A stretch of 64,000 nt of DNA from Patescibacteria group bacterium (GCA_042568575.1 JBHPIO010000001.1:32001-96000), one strand, 5' to 3'; shown: positions 9,815-20,692, counted from the stretch's first letter. Translations and numbers: made by a program. The notes: generated from the sequence alone by a model not told the origin.

Positions 9815-10501
9815 TTAATTCACACTTTTTGATGCAGAATGCATACGGTAGCCCATGCAGTACACGGTTTCTATAAGCCGCATCTTTGGTTTGTAATCAA
9901 TTTTTTTGCGAAGAGTATTTATGTGAACATCGACAGTGTGAGTGAACAAATTTGCGTTTCTGTCCCAGACGTTCTCGAGGATCTTTTGTCTGCTTAAAAT
10001 AACGTCGGTATTGCTCATCAGGTACTCCAAAAGCTGGAATTCTTTATTCCTCAAATAGAGTTTTTGCTCGAATCTTTTCACTTCTCTTGTTTGGAGATTT
10101 AAAGTGAGATCTGCAACTTTAAGAGTTTGTTTCTTTTTGGAGGATTGTTTTTTTAGAAGATATCTCTTTATTTCAAATGCCAAGGCTCTTACAGTAATTG
10201 ACTCAGGGTAAACATATAAAGGGAGACTTATATTAGGTGCAAGAAGATCTAATGTAGATTTGTTCGCAACAATAAAGAAAGGGTAATTCCGTGGGACTTT
10301 TTGTATCTTCTCTAGTTGTATTGATGGCAAGTGAATCTTTGATGGGAACTTGCAAACAACAGCATCATATTGATTTAGCAAATATTCGTCGTCCCAATTA
10401 TCATAAAATGATTTAGGATCGCTTTGGATATTCTCGTATTTAAGACCACGTGACAGGAAGGTCGCAGCCATTGTGTGTTCCGCAAGCACGAGAGCATACA
10501 T
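9815..10501 (-). CDS. OmpR/PhoB-family response regulator with a degenerate receiver domain
   Basis: C-terminal KEFQLLEYLM..LSRQ.ILE.VW...VDVHI..LRKKID...IETV...GY. Probable start MYALVLAE at 10501 (ORF track start is 10558). Confidence 0.85.
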   Translation of the reverse strand: MYALVLAEHTMAATFLSRGLKYENIQSDPKSFYDNWDDEYLLNQYDAVVCKFPSKIHLPSIQLEKIQKVPRNYPFFIVANKSTLDLLAPNISLPLYVYPESITVRALAFEIKRYLLKKQSSKKKQTLKVADLTLNLQTREVKRFEQKLYLRNKEFQLLEYLMSNTDVILSRQKILENVWDRNANLFTHTVDVHINTLRKKIDYKPKMRLIETVYCMGYRMHSASKSVN

Positions 10502-10641
10502 AACAACGTAGTAAGGAAGATAAGGATGACAATGATAATCAATTTTATGGATTAACAATGCATAACTCTACAAATTTCCCTTTTAAATAATGAAAATAAG
10601 GTTAAAATTGTGCTGTAACTATTTGAACAACAATTCATTAA

Positions 10642-11676
10642 ATGATTGAACTAAACGAACTAAGGTCATTATTGGTAGAAAATGGGATTCCTTCTTACAG
10701 GGCGAATCAGGTTCTGCATGCAGTTTATAAAGAAGGGAAAGCCAATTATGATGATATGAAAGTCTTGCCAGCATTTGTAAAAGAATACCTTGAAAAGAAC
10801 CTACCCGTTCTTTCAATTGAAAATGTAAAGGAGGAGGTCTCGTCGAATGGAAGTACGTATAAGGCTTTATTTAGATTGCATGATGGTAAGAAAATAGAAG
10901 CAGTCTTAATGCGCTTTAAAGACGGACGAAAAACAGTATGCGTTTCAAGTCAGGTTGGCTGCACACTAAAATGTAAATTTTGTGCAACAGGTAAAAGAGG
11001 TTTTAAGCGCGACCTCACTTATGAAGAAATCACAGACCAGGTTTTATATTTTCAACATTTACTTAAAAAAGAAGACTCACATGTTGGGAATATTGTATTT
11101 ATGGGAATGGGTGAACCCTTCCTAAACTATGAGAACGTCATGAAAGCAATCTCAATCCTAAACGATCCGGTCGCCTTCAACATAGGTTTGCGAAACATAA
11201 CAGTATCAACATCTGGAATTGTTCCGCAAATAGAACAATTTGCCGAGGATGCAGGACAAGTAAATTTAGCTGTAAGTCTCCATGCTCCAAACGATCAAAT
11301 TCGAACTTCGATTATGCCAATCGCAAAGAAGTATTCATTAGAAGAGCTAATGGCAGCATGCAAGGGGTATGCAGAAAAAACACACAGAAGAGTTTCGTAT
11401 GAATACGTAATGCTTAGAGGAGTCAACGATTCTGATTCCAATGCACACGAACTTTCAAGGCTGCTCCATGGGCAGCTTTGTCATGTGAATCTGATACCGT
11501 ATAATGAAACAAACGTTAAGGGGATGAAGGGTTCAACGAAAAGTCGCACAGAGGAGTTTAAGAAAATTCTAGAGCTGCATAAGATACCTGTCACAGTTCG
11601 CATCAGTCTTGGAAAAGATATCAAAGCTGCATGCGGCCAATTGGCAGGAAAATCCTCTTGCAATTCAGGGCAATAA
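10642..11676 (+). CDS. rlmN: 23S rRNA m2A2503 / tRNA radical-SAM methyltransferase
   Basis: CVSSQVGC..C.FCATG, MGMGEP, SLHA, AACGQL. Confidence 0.96.
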   Translation: MIELNELRSLLVENGIPSYRANQVLHAVYKEGKANYDDMKVLPAFVKEYLEKNLPVLSIENVKEEVSSNGSTYKALFRLHDGKKIEAVLMRFKDGRKTVCVSSQVGCTLKCKFCATGKRGFKRDLTYEEITDQVLYFQHLLKKEDSHVGNIVFMGMGEPFLNYENVMKAISILNDPVAFNIGLRNITVSTSGIVPQIEQFAEDAGQVNLAVSLHAPNDQIRTSIMPIAKKYSLEELMAACKGYAEKTHRRVSYEYVMLRGVNDSDSNAHELSRLLHGQLCHVNLIPYNETNVKGMKGSTKSRTEEFKKILELHKIPVTVRISLGKDIKAACGQLAGKSSCNSGQ

Positions 11677-11715
11677 GGAGAAGCATATAGGTACATATTA
11701 TTACTAACCAACTTA

Positions 11716-11994
11716 ATGATGGCTGATGATAACAAGGGGCAGGACGACAAGAAACGTAAAATTCAAGTTAAATTTGATGCAACTCAGGAAGCTGGCGTTT
11801 ACAGCAATGCGGTTTCTGTACACCTTAAGAAAAACGAAATGGTGTTGGATTTCGGGTATATTATCCCAAATGTTGATCCAACGACCATTAAGGTTGTAAG
11901 CAGAATCAATGTGACTCACGAAACAGCAGAGAGCTTTTTGAAGGTTCTTTCAAATGCAGTTCTAGATTGGAAGAATAAACAGAAAGAAGCATGA
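11716..11994 (+). CDS. DUF3467-like protein
   Basis: GVYSNAV.V....NEMVLDF...VVSRI pattern; ATGA overlap with dtd. Confidence 0.7.
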   Translation: MMADDNKGQDDKKRKIQVKFDATQEAGVYSNAVSVHLKKNEMVLDFGYIIPNVDPTTIKVVSRINVTHETAESFLKVLSNAVLDWKNKQKEA

Positions 11995-12443
11995 AAGCAC
12001 TAATTCAGAGAGTAAAGGAGGCATCAGTCGTTGTTGATGGTGAGACAACAGGAGCCATTGAAAAAGGAATTTTAATCTTCCTTGGAATAACGCATGAGGA
12101 TGGACCTCGAGAAATAGAAGCTCTTGTTGATAAAATCGTCAATTTAAGAATTTTTGAAAATGATGGTAAGCGGATGGATTTTTCTATAAAAGATCTTGGA
12201 GGTGACTTATTAGTTGTTTCTCAATTCACTTTATATGGAAGTTTGAAAAAAGGCAGACGTCCTGATTTTGGTGATGCAGCAAATCCAGAGAAGGCTAAAG
12301 AGCTTTACAACTTGTTTGTAGAAGAGTGTCGGAAAACTGAACTAAAGGTAGAGACAGGGGAGTTTGCCGCAATGATGGATGTGTCACTTATCAACGACGG
12401 ACCAGTTACTTTTTTACTTGATAGCAAGGATTTGCTAAGATAG
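11991..12443 (+). CDS. dtd: D-aminoacyl-tRNA deacylase
   Basis: MKALIQRV, SQFTL, NDGPVT. Confidence 0.97.
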   Translation: MKALIQRVKEASVVVDGETTGAIEKGILIFLGITHEDGPREIEALVDKIVNLRIFENDGKRMDFSIKDLGGDLLVVSQFTLYGSLKKGRRPDFGDAANPEKAKELYNLFVEECRKTELKVETGEFAAMMDVSLINDGPVTFLLDSKDLLR

Positions 12444-12470
12444 CATTCGTTTAGACTTTAATTTTTAAAT

Positions 12471-13859
12471 ATGGCGCAAAAAGAGCAGGATTTAATGGAA
12501 AAGATAGTTTCACTTTGTAAACGTAGAGGATTTGTATTTCATGGATCAGAAATTTATGGAGGACTTGCAAATACATGGGATTTAGGGCCGCTTGGAAGTG
12601 AGCTTAAAAACAACGTCCTAAAAGCTTGGTGGAAATTCTTCGTTCACGGTCGTCGTGACATCGTAGGTATAGACGCGGCCATCTTAATGAATCCCAAAGT
12701 TTGGGAAGCGTCAGGACATGTAGATAGCTTTAATGATGCTCAGATTGATTGTAAAGAATGTAAGAAGCGCTTCAGGGCAGATCATTTAATTGAAGATGCT
12801 GTTGAGGATGCGAAAGTTGAAGGACTAAGCACAGATGAATTAAAGAAATTGATTGATGAAAACAACATCAAGTGCCCTAGTTGTGGAGCGCAAAATTACA
12901 CAGATGTTCGAACATTCAATCTCTTGTTCCAAACTAATATTGGTCCGGTTGCAAACGATTCAGAACCGATTTTTTTAAGAGGAGAAATTGCACAGGGTAT
13001 ATTTGTAAATTTCAAAAATGTTCTTGATACATCACGCAAGAAGATTCCTTTTGGAATTGCTTCTGCAGGTAAAGCTTTTAGAAATGAAATCACTCCTGGT
13101 AATTTTATTTTCCGAACTCTTGAATTCGACTTAATGGAATTTGAATATTTCATTAAAGAGGAGATGTGGGAAGAAAAGTTTGATTATTGGCTTGAAGAAA
13201 TGCATAAATGGCTTGAGCTAGTTGGTATTAGTAAAGAAAATACTCGAGTTCGTGAGCATACTGCCGACGAACTTTCACACTATTCAAAAAAGACAGTTGA
13301 TATCGAATATAAAACACCATTCGGATGGAAGGAACTGTATGGCCTTGCATATCGAACAGATTTTGATTTGCGAATGCATATTGAAAAAAGTGGAGCTGAT
13401 CTAAATTATTTCGATCAAGCAACGGGAGAAAAATATATCCCACATGTTATCGAGCCTACATTCGGGTTAAGTAGAACGTTATTGATGGTGCTTCTTGATG
13501 CATACAACGAAGAAGAAGTTGAAGATGCTAAAGGCAACAAAGAAACTCGTGTTGTACTAAAATTAAAGCCAGAAATTGCTCCATTTAGAGCGGCTATTTT
13601 GCCATTAATGAAAAAACCGGAATTACTAGAAAAAGCAGACGAAGTATTCGAATCACTTAAAGATAAATTCTCTCTCGATTTTGATATCACTGGAAGTATT
13701 GGTAAGCGATATAGGCGTCAGGATGAAATTGGTACGCCGTATGCAATTACAATCGATTACGATACTCTAGAGGATGACTCGGTTACTGTGCGAGACAGAG
13801 ACACGTTGAAGCAGGAGAGAGTTAAAATTTATGAGTTGGAAACCGTACTAACCAAATAG
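12471..13859 (+). CDS. glyQS: Glycine--tRNA ligase, alpha2 (archaeal/eukaryote-like) type
   Basis: [40 protein letters not shown]. Confidence 0.96.
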   Translation: MAQKEQDLMEKIVSLCKRRGFVFHGSEIYGGLANTWDLGPLGSELKNNVLKAWWKFFVHGRRDIVGIDAAILMNPKVWEASGHVDSFNDAQIDCKECKKRFRADHLIEDAVEDAKVEGLSTDELKKLIDENNIKCPSCGAQNYTDVRTFNLLFQTNIGPVANDSEPIFLRGEIAQGIFVNFKNVLDTSRKKIPFGIASAGKAFRNEITPGNFIFRTLEFDLMEFEYFIKEEMWEEKFDYWLEEMHKWLELVGISKENTRVREHTADELSHYSKKTVDIEYKTPFGWKELYGLAYRTDFDLRMHIEKSGADLNYFDQATGEKYIPHVIEPTFGLSRTLLMVLLDAYNEEEVEDAKGNKETRVVLKLKPEIAPFRAAILPLMKKPELLEKADEVFESLKDKFSLDFDITGSIGKRYRRQDEIGTPYAITIDYDTLEDDSVTVRDRDTLKQERVKIYELETVLTK

Positions 13860-13902
13860 TAATTTACAATTTTTTTATCTTCTTTTTACATGCGTATGAT
13901 AT

Positions 13903-14565
13903 TTGTTATGCATGAATTTACTTCCACGCGAGAAATTGCAACTATATGGGCCAAAACAACTGAATAATAGTGACTTGATTGCTATTGTCCTCGGTCATGC
14001 AACCAAAAAGGAGAGCGTTTTTGATTTAAGTAAGCGGTTATTGAAGGAGTATGGGCAAACCCCACTGCAATCAATGCAAAATGTAGCAGAATGTCAGAAA
14101 TTGTTTAAAATAGGACAGGCTCAGGCATCCAAAATTCTAGCTTGTTTTGAAATTGGCAGGCGTTTTTTTGGCAAGGACAAGACAAAAAACAAACTAACTA
14201 ATGCGCATGAAGTATTCTCGCACGTTAAAGATATGTTGGATCTCAAAAAGGAATATATTCGTGGACTTTATTTAAACACAAGGCATGAACTCATTTACGA
14301 CGAGGTATTATCTATCGGGACTCTTGAAAGCACATCTTTGCACCCTCGGGAAGTATTTTATCCTGCAATTCAAAGATATGCATATACCTTTATTCTAGTG
14401 CATAATCACCCCTCCGGAAACCCTGAAGCAAGCGAGGAGGATTTCTATTTAACTCAGGAGATAGTTAAAGCAGGGGATTTATTCAGAATTCCGCTACTTG
14501 ATCACGTTATTGTGTCGAAAAATGGGTACTACAGTTTTCAAGAGCATGGCACCCTTTCACCTTGA
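13903..14565 (+). CDS. radC: RadC/UPF0758 JAB-domain protein
   Basis: PREKL..YG...L, HPREVF, HNHPSG, LLDHVI. Confidence 0.92.
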   Translation: MLCMNLLPREKLQLYGPKQLNNSDLIAIVLGHATKKESVFDLSKRLLKEYGQTPLQSMQNVAECQKLFKIGQAQASKILACFEIGRRFFGKDKTKNKLTNAHEVFSHVKDMLDLKKEYIRGLYLNTRHELIYDEVLSIGTLESTSLHPREVFYPAIQRYAYTFILVHNHPSGNPEASEEDFYLTQEIVKAGDLFRIPLLDHVIVSKNGYYSFQEHGTLSP

Positions 14566-14623
14566 GTTTTTGCCTTATTTTTGCTAAAATATATAGATTT
14601 AGATATAAAAACAAAAAACAAAT

Positions 14624-17161
14624 ATGTGGAATTATATTCTACAACATCCGTTCAGGACGCTTATAATTGTTGCTGTCCTCGTAATTTTATACAGATATGC
14701 AGTCTGGCTGTTTCGCTATTTGATACAACTACATTATGCGAAAAAGCTTACATACATGCGGATAACTCTTCCGCGTGAAGATACACAGAAAGATAAAGAC
14801 AAGCAGGTTGAAAAGGATTTTCGCGAAAAAATTGGTGTGATGGATCAGTTTTACAGGAATATTCATGAAATTAGAGAGCTTTCCATATCTAATCGTATAA
14901 GGAATTTCTTTCTGAATCTCGATGTAGTTTCCTTTGAAATGGTTGCGATGAGCAGAGAGGTGAATTTTTATGTAGTAACTTATCCTTTTTATCAGCATAT
15001 TATTGAGAAGCAGATTACTTCGTATTACCCCGATGCAGACATTCAATTAACTGAAGCATACACCGTTGATCCTCCAGGAAATAAACAAAGATGTTTCTTT
15101 GCACATTTAAGCAAAGACAGCTGGTATCCAATTAAAACTTACAAAAAAATTGAGAACGATCCGTTAAATGATATGACAAACGTTCTTTCCAAATTGGGCG
15201 ATAATGATAAAGCGGTATTCCAGTTTGTTGTAAGTCCACGTTCAGATAGATGGAGAAAAAAAGCTGAAAAAATGGGAACGAGACTTTTCTTAAATAAACT
15301 CGGAAAAGGATGGATACCAAAAATACCTGTACTTGGAACTTTACTTAGTTGGATATTTGGTATTTTCACGGGAATTGCATTCGGATATGATCGCATGAAG
15401 AAACAGTCTGCAAGTACGGGTGCTCCGGAAGGAAGCCAGTATGTACGTATGCTTCAAACTAAAGAGGAAGTGGCAAAGATGATTGGTGAAAAAGCCAGCC
15501 AGGTTGGATTTGATGTGACTGTCCGAATTATTGCATCTTCAAAAACAAGCAGCGATGCTTATAAGCTTGGAAACAATATGATCCTGGCGTTGAATCTATT
15601 TAAAGATGCTTCAATGAACTGGTTTCAGACAAAAAGATTATTTTTCATTGATTCAATCAATAATAAACTTATGCTTCATGCATTTAAGAACAGGCTGCAT
15701 AATTTTAAACCTTTCCCAATATTTAGTGAAAAAGAATCGATAATGGTTCCGGAAGAACTTGCTGGAATGTATCACTTTCCAAGCAGCCGGTATAATTACA
15801 CTCCAATTATTAAATGGCTTAAATATAAAGTTGTGCCAGCCCCTGTAGATACTCCGCAGGAAGGGATTTACCTTGGAGATAATGTCTATCGAGGAGCTCG
15901 AAAAAAGGTTCATATACTACGAGACGATCGAACAAGGCATCACTATATAATCGGAAAATCCGGTGCAGGTAAATCGGTATTTATTAGTTTTATGGCAAGA
16001 CAAGACATTAGAAATGGCGACGGAGTTTGTGTGGTAGATCCGCATGGCGATCTTGTTGAAGATATACTTCATTATATTCCGAAAGAAAGGGCGAAAGACG
16101 TAATTGTGTTTAATCCTTCAGATCAGTTGCGTCCAATGGGTCTTAATATTTTGGAGGCAGATACGCCTGAGCAGCAGGATCTTGCATCAAGTCAGGCCAC
16201 AGAAATTTTCATCAAACTGTTTGGTGATGAGATATTTGGACCGCGAATTCAGCACTACTTCAGAAATGCTTGTTTAACATTAATGGAAGATAAAGATGAA
16301 GGCGCAACGTTAATTGATGTACCTCGAATGTTCGTGGATAACGACTTTATGAAATACAAAGTTAAGAAGGTTAGAAACCCTGTTGTACGTTCATTTTGGG
16401 AACATGAGTACGCCAACACGGGTGAAAGAGAACGTCAGGAAATGATTCCGTATTTCTCTTCTAAATTCGGACCGTTTATTACTAATTCGATAATGCGTAA
16501 TACGATTGGGCAAACGAAATCTGCGTTTAATTTCCGTGAAGTAATGGATAAACAAAAAATCCTACTAATCAACCTTTCTAAAGGTAAAATTGGTGATTTA
16601 AATACGCAGCTACTTGGACTGATTGTGGTCGCCAGAATACAAATGGCAGCGATGAGTCGTGCCGATATGCCGGAAGATCAACGTAAGGATTTCTATCTGT
16701 ACGTGGATGAGTTCCAAAACTTTGCGACGGACAGTTTCTGTTCGATTCTTTCTGAAGCCCGAAAATATCATTTGGCGTTAATTATGGCGCATCAATATAT
16801 TAAGCAGCTGGAAAAGAAACAAGACACTTCTATCCGTGATGCGGTATTTGGTAACGTCGGAACCATGATGTCATTTAAAGTTGGTGCCGATGATGCCGAG
16901 TATATGGCGAAGGAATACGCACCTGTTTTGACAGAATCAGATGTGCTCGGAATTGCGAACTATAAAGCATACATAAAGCTAAACATTAAAAACTCAACAT
17001 CAAGAGCATTTTCGCTTGAAACTATTTACGATACAACTGGCAAAAACAAGAAGATTGCCGAGATCGTAAAAGAATATTCAAGAATGAAATACGGACGAAA
17101 GAAAGAGTTTGTTAATCAGGAAATTGCGGCTCGAATTGGTATTGATCTAAGTGAAGAATGA
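14624..17161 (+). CDS. VirD4/TraG/TrwB-like coupling ATPase (membrane-anchored, CPR type)
   Basis: Walker A GKSGAGKS, DPHGDL, Walker B LYVDEFQNF, LSEARKY; N-terminal transmembrane segment. Confidence 0.88.
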   Translation: MWNYILQHPFRTLIIVAVLVILYRYAVWLFRYLIQLHYAKKLTYMRITLPREDTQKDKDKQVEKDFREKIGVMDQFYRNIHEIRELSISNRIRNFFLNLDVVSFEMVAMSREVNFYVVTYPFYQHIIEKQITSYYPDADIQLTEAYTVDPPGNKQRCFFAHLSKDSWYPIKTYKKIENDPLNDMTNVLSKLGDNDKAVFQFVVSPRSDRWRKKAEKMGTRLFLNKLGKGWIPKIPVLGTLLSWIFGIFTGIAFGYDRMKKQSASTGAPEGSQYVRMLQTKEEVAKMIGEKASQVGFDVTVRIIASSKTSSDAYKLGNNMILALNLFKDASMNWFQTKRLFFIDSINNKLMLHAFKNRLHNFKPFPIFSEKESIMVPEELAGMYHFPSSRYNYTPIIKWLKYKVVPAPVDTPQEGIYLGDNVYRGARKKVHILRDDRTRHHYIIGKSGAGKSVFISFMARQDIRNGDGVCVVDPHGDLVEDILHYIPKERAKDVIVFNPSDQLRPMGLNILEADTPEQQDLASSQATEIFIKLFGDEIFGPRIQHYFRNACLTLMEDKDEGATLIDVPRMFVDNDFMKYKVKKVRNPVVRSFWEHEYANTGERERQEMIPYFSSKFGPFITNSIMRNTIGQTKSAFNFREVMDKQKILLINLSKGKIGDLNTQLLGLIVVARIQMAAMSRADMPEDQRKDFYLYVDEFQNFATDSFCSILSEARKYHLALIMAHQYIKQLEKKQDTSIRDAVFGNVGTMMSFKVGADDAEYMAKEYAPVLTESDVLGIANYKAYIKLNIKNSTSRAFSLETIYDTTGKNKKIAEIVKEYSRMKYGRKKEFVNQEIAARIGIDLSEE

Positions 17162-18342
17162 GAACACTAAATACCCAAAAACTCGTTGAACACATAAGGA
17201 ATACGAAGATTCTTTTGTATTCACTTGTTCTGGCTTTAATAATTGGGATGTTTGGACTTGGAAGCGGAATTAGAGATCTGTATGAGGAGCTTATAACAAA
17301 GGACTACCAGATTTCAGTTTTGACAGATGAGGTAGGGGAGCTTAGAGAAGAAAACACATACATGTATCAGAACCTTCTAGAAAACAGAGAGTTTTTAACA
17401 GAAAGCGTTGATGCGATCCAGAACTCGTTTGTTGGATATGTTGAAGGGAACGAATCTGAGAAAAACGAAATGCACGCGACATTCACGCAAGTTCAAACAG
17501 ACCTAGATGTACTAATAGGTGAAAAAGAAATAGCAATAGCAAGCCTGCGAGACCGAAATCAGCGCTTAAGTGAGGAAGTGGGATTTCAGGCATACTCGGA
17601 AGAAGTCGAAAATATTTTAATAGTTGGAAAAAACCAAGATCTTACAGATACGATTATTCTCGCAAGCATAAATCCCTCGCGTGAAACAGTTACACTAATT
17701 AGTATTCCTCGCGATTTGTATGTTAATGGCAGGAAGATTAATTCAATTTATGCCTCGCATGGGATTATCAAGCTTGAGAAAGATATACACATGATAACGG
17801 GCGCAACCATAGACAAACATGTGATTCTTGATTTTGCAGCATTCGAAAAGATTGTAGATATACTTGGTGGGATTGATCTGTATGTTCGTGAGCCTATTCA
17901 CGATAATGCTTTCCCAACAGCGGATAATGGATATACGGTTTATTCGATTGAAGAAGGTTCTCATCATTTGGATGGTGAGGAAGCTTTGAGATATGCGCGG
18001 AGTAGAAAGTCGACGTCTGATTTTGATAGAAGTAAACGTCAGCATCAGGTTATTCAGGCAATTCGTGTGAAATTGAAGATGTTGGATATTCTTGCCGACT
18101 TGGATAAGGCTATAGAAATTTATGAAACTGTAGTTGCAGGAATCGATACAAATATTGATGTGTTCGAAGCACTTTATTACATGGACAATTATCAAAATTA
18201 CGCTATTGAGAGCGGAAATGTGATAAGTAGTCAGAACTTTTTATATTCCACAAAATCGGTTAACGGCCAATATATCCTTTTGCCAAAGACCGGAGATTAT
18301 TATCAAATAAAGGAATACGTGTCCAATTTGATTAAAGAGTAG
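17158..18342 (+). CDS. LCP (LytR-CpsA-Psr) family cell-wall glycopolymer transferase
   Basis: TDTIIL, SIPRD, LDGEEALRYARSR, DFDRSKRQ; N-terminal TM and coiled coil. Confidence 0.92.
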   Translation: MRTLNTQKLVEHIRNTKILLYSLVLALIIGMFGLGSGIRDLYEELITKDYQISVLTDEVGELREENTYMYQNLLENREFLTESVDAIQNSFVGYVEGNESEKNEMHATFTQVQTDLDVLIGEKEIAIASLRDRNQRLSEEVGFQAYSEEVENILIVGKNQDLTDTIILASINPSRETVTLISIPRDLYVNGRKINSIYASHGIIKLEKDIHMITGATIDKHVILDFAAFEKIVDILGGIDLYVREPIHDNAFPTADNGYTVYSIEEGSHHLDGEEALRYARSRKSTSDFDRSKRQHQVIQAIRVKLKMLDILADLDKAIEIYETVVAGIDTNIDVFEALYYMDNYQNYAIESGNVISSQNFLYSTKSVNGQYILLPKTGDYYQIKEYVSNLIKE

Positions 18343-18390
18343 GATTCAGGCATAATTGAGTGCGAAATAATCATGTTAACTCTCTCACTC

Positions 18391-19005
18391 ATGAAAAAAA
18401 TATTTCTACTTTCACTTGCCGCTCTTCTTTTTATGTCCGGATGTAACGGTGGTGATGATTTAAACGGTCATATCGATGTTCCTTCTGATATCGATATTAC
18501 GTATACAAAAGGAAATGCAAATGCGTCTGTTACGATTACCGAGTATAGTGACTATCAGTGTCCATTTTGTGCTCGTTTAACACTTGAAGTGCTTCCACTG
18601 CTACAAAACGACTATATTGAAACAGGGAAGGTTTTATTTGTCTTTAAAGACTTGCCGCTTCCAAATCATAGGGATGCACAAAAGGCCAGTGAGGCAACAT
18701 ATTGCGCGGGTGAACAGGACGAAGATAAATATTGGGAAATGCACGTGAAGCTATTTGAAAATCAAAAGAATTTGGCTAGAGAAGATTTATCTACTTATGC
18801 TGGAGATTTGGAATTGAACGTTGAGGCTTTCGACAGTTGTCTTGATGCTGACAAGTACAAGAACCTTGTTTTGCGAAATAGGCAGGATGGTTTAAAGGCT
18901 GGTGTTGAAGGAACTCCTACATTGTTTATAAATGATACTCCACTTGTTGGATTGCCTCAATACGATGCTTTAAAACAGGTTATCGAAACTGAGCTACGGA
19001 AGTAA
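18391..19005 (+). CDS. DsbA/BdbD-family thiol-disulfide oxidoreductase lipoprotein
   Basis: Lipobox FMSGC, EYSDYQCPFC, GVEGTPT. Confidence 0.9.
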   Translation: MKKIFLLSLAALLFMSGCNGGDDLNGHIDVPSDIDITYTKGNANASVTITEYSDYQCPFCARLTLEVLPLLQNDYIETGKVLFVFKDLPLPNHRDAQKASEATYCAGEQDEDKYWEMHVKLFENQKNLAREDLSTYAGDLELNVEAFDSCLDADKYKNLVLRNRQDGLKAGVEGTPTLFINDTPLVGLPQYDALKQVIETELRK

Positions 19006-19016
19006 ACTGCGATTTT

Positions 19017-19271
19017 ATGAAAAAACGAAAGCCAAAGTGGGATATGCTCTCTGACAAAAGGAGGCAAAAGTGCATAAACGATATTATTGGTTTTTTTGAG
19101 ACTGAGCGAGACACCAAGATAGGCGTTATTGCCGCTGGAGAGGTGCTTGATTTCTTCATGGAACAACTTGCCGAGGATATTTACAACAACGGCGTTGAAG
19201 ACGCTAAGAACGTCTTTAAAGGTAAGCTGGAGGATTTGGAGATTGACTTGGAGATGCTGGGAAGTGGGTAG
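19017..19271 (+). CDS. DUF2164-family protein
   Basis: I..FF..ERD..IG.IAA..VLDFF....A..IYN.GV.DA pattern. Confidence 0.75.
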   Translation: MKKRKPKWDMLSDKRRQKCINDIIGFFETERDTKIGVIAAGEVLDFFMEQLAEDIYNNGVEDAKNVFKGKLEDLEIDLEMLGSG

Positions 19272-19315
19272 GGGGTGGGATTTGTCAGTTAACTTCCATA
19301 TTTTTAACATTTTTT

Positions 19316-19762
19316 ATGAATGAAAATATAACAATCTATATAGCAATCTATGGAGCCATATTATCCACTATTGTGCTTATCTGGAACATTATTAAATATT
19401 ACTTAGATAAAGGTAGAATGGAACTAAATTGTATGCTTGGTAATATCGTTGGCTATAGAGTCAATGATAAAAAGTTATACCTCACCTATACAGTCACTAA
19501 TAAAGGGAATAAACCAATAACGATAACTCATGCAGGAGGAATTTACGAGAATAAACAAAATTTTTTGGTTAATGCTACAGAAATCCCAAAGAAATTAGAG
19601 CATGGTGAATATGTTACTATCAAAACTCCTGATCTTGAAAATCTTAAAGATATAAAAAAACTATATGTTGTTAATTCATTAGGACAATATTGCTATCTAA
19701 AAAGAAAAAAAATTAAAAAATTAAAAGAAAGTCTTAAAAAATACGTCTTCGGTTCATCGTAA
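19316..19762 (+). CDS. Hypothetical single-TM protein (cassette ORF)
   Basis: 148 aa, N-terminal TM, very AT-rich. Confidence 0.7.
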   Translation: MNENITIYIAIYGAILSTIVLIWNIIKYYLDKGRMELNCMLGNIVGYRVNDKKLYLTYTVTNKGNKPITITHAGGIYENKQNFLVNATEIPKKLEHGEYVTIKTPDLENLKDIKKLYVVNSLGQYCYLKRKKIKKLKESLKKYVFGSS

Positions 19763-19829
19763 ATGCTCGTACGGTGTAGCACTTCGTGCTAACATTGTAT
19801 GAAACACACAAAATATTAATTCTTTATAT

Positions 19830-20561
19830 ATGTTAGAAAAATTTGGTCCTATAAAAAATCCCCTAACAATAATTGCTATTTTTGCTGGAATAGCAGAAGT
19901 TAGCGGAACAGCTATACTGCCATTTATTGATATTAATAACCAAAACATATTCATTGGGTTCTTAATTGTATTTCCATCAATTTTAGTAATACTATTCTTT
20001 CTTACCCTAAACTTTAATCATAAAGTACTTTATGCTCCATCAGATTATAAAAATGAAGAAAATTTTGTAAAAACACTCAAATTTGATTACAACAAATTAG
20101 AATTAAAAGAAACAAAAGAATCCAAACAACAAATTATGGAGAAGACAAAGTACGAAATCAGTATCTCAAATTTTGAAGATGCAGAAAGGCTAATTAACAT
20201 ATATAAATCACAAAATTTTCTTGCAAACTTATATATAGGTATAGGAGAAGGAGAGGATCCTGGAAATAATAGTATCCAGTCTGAACATGAGGCAATATGG
20301 CTTGGAGCTAATGTATCCGTTGGCGTAGCTGTTCCAGTAATTAAAATTGCGAAAAAGTTTTATCCACATCTCAAGTATATACACCTATCATCAAATATTG
20401 ATGGAAGTCCAGATTATATTCATGATCAAATTTTTATTGGAGGAGCCACTTCCGCTGCTAAAAGACTGCACTTGCATCAGATATCAAAAGAAGACTTTAA
20501 TAAATTAAATGAGAAAATGTCACAAGAAGATTTTCATAGTTTTATTAAAAAAATTAGCTAA
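19830..20561 (+). CDS. Hypothetical 2-TM protein (cassette ORF)
   Basis: N-terminal NPLTIIAIFAG...LYAPSDY two-TM module followed by a soluble domain. Confidence 0.75.
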   Translation: MLEKFGPIKNPLTIIAIFAGIAEVSGTAILPFIDINNQNIFIGFLIVFPSILVILFFLTLNFNHKVLYAPSDYKNEENFVKTLKFDYNKLELKETKESKQQIMEKTKYEISISNFEDAERLINIYKSQNFLANLYIGIGEGEDPGNNSIQSEHEAIWLGANVSVGVAVPVIKIAKKFYPHLKYIHLSSNIDGSPDYIHDQIFIGGATSAAKRLHLHQISKEDFNKLNEKMSQEDFHSFIKKIS

Positions 20562-20574
20562 TTTTTTGTGTGCA

Positions 20575-20692
20575 TCATAATACAGTGCACTCTTTCGCTT
20601 TGTTCAATCGTTTATCCAAGTTTTCGATGCGGCTTTTTGTTTCGCTCATATTGTACAGCATCTCAAATTCGCATATACTACAACTGTTAAGT
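20575..20692 (+). repeat. Degenerate attC-like site
   Basis: Starts with a decayed R'' (TCATAATAC) and ends TCGCATATACTACAACT-GTTAAGT (perfect GTTRRRY at 20686-20692). Confidence 0.55.

Noticed and set aside
13903-17161. radC plus VirD4-like ATPase as an ICE or conjugative element
   Set aside because: No relaxase, integrase, VirB4 or boundaries; composition matches the host
19261-19286. GTGGGTAGGGGGTGGGATTTG as a duplicated tRNA-Met 3' end (att site) bounding an island
   Set aside because: Shares only about 7 contiguous nt with the tRNA end and overlaps the DUF2164 stop codon; too weak to call
19777-19791. TAGCAC-TTC-GTGCTA mini-hairpin as a terminator or ncRNA
   Set aside because: Short, with no U-tract; most likely a remnant of a decayed attC-like site
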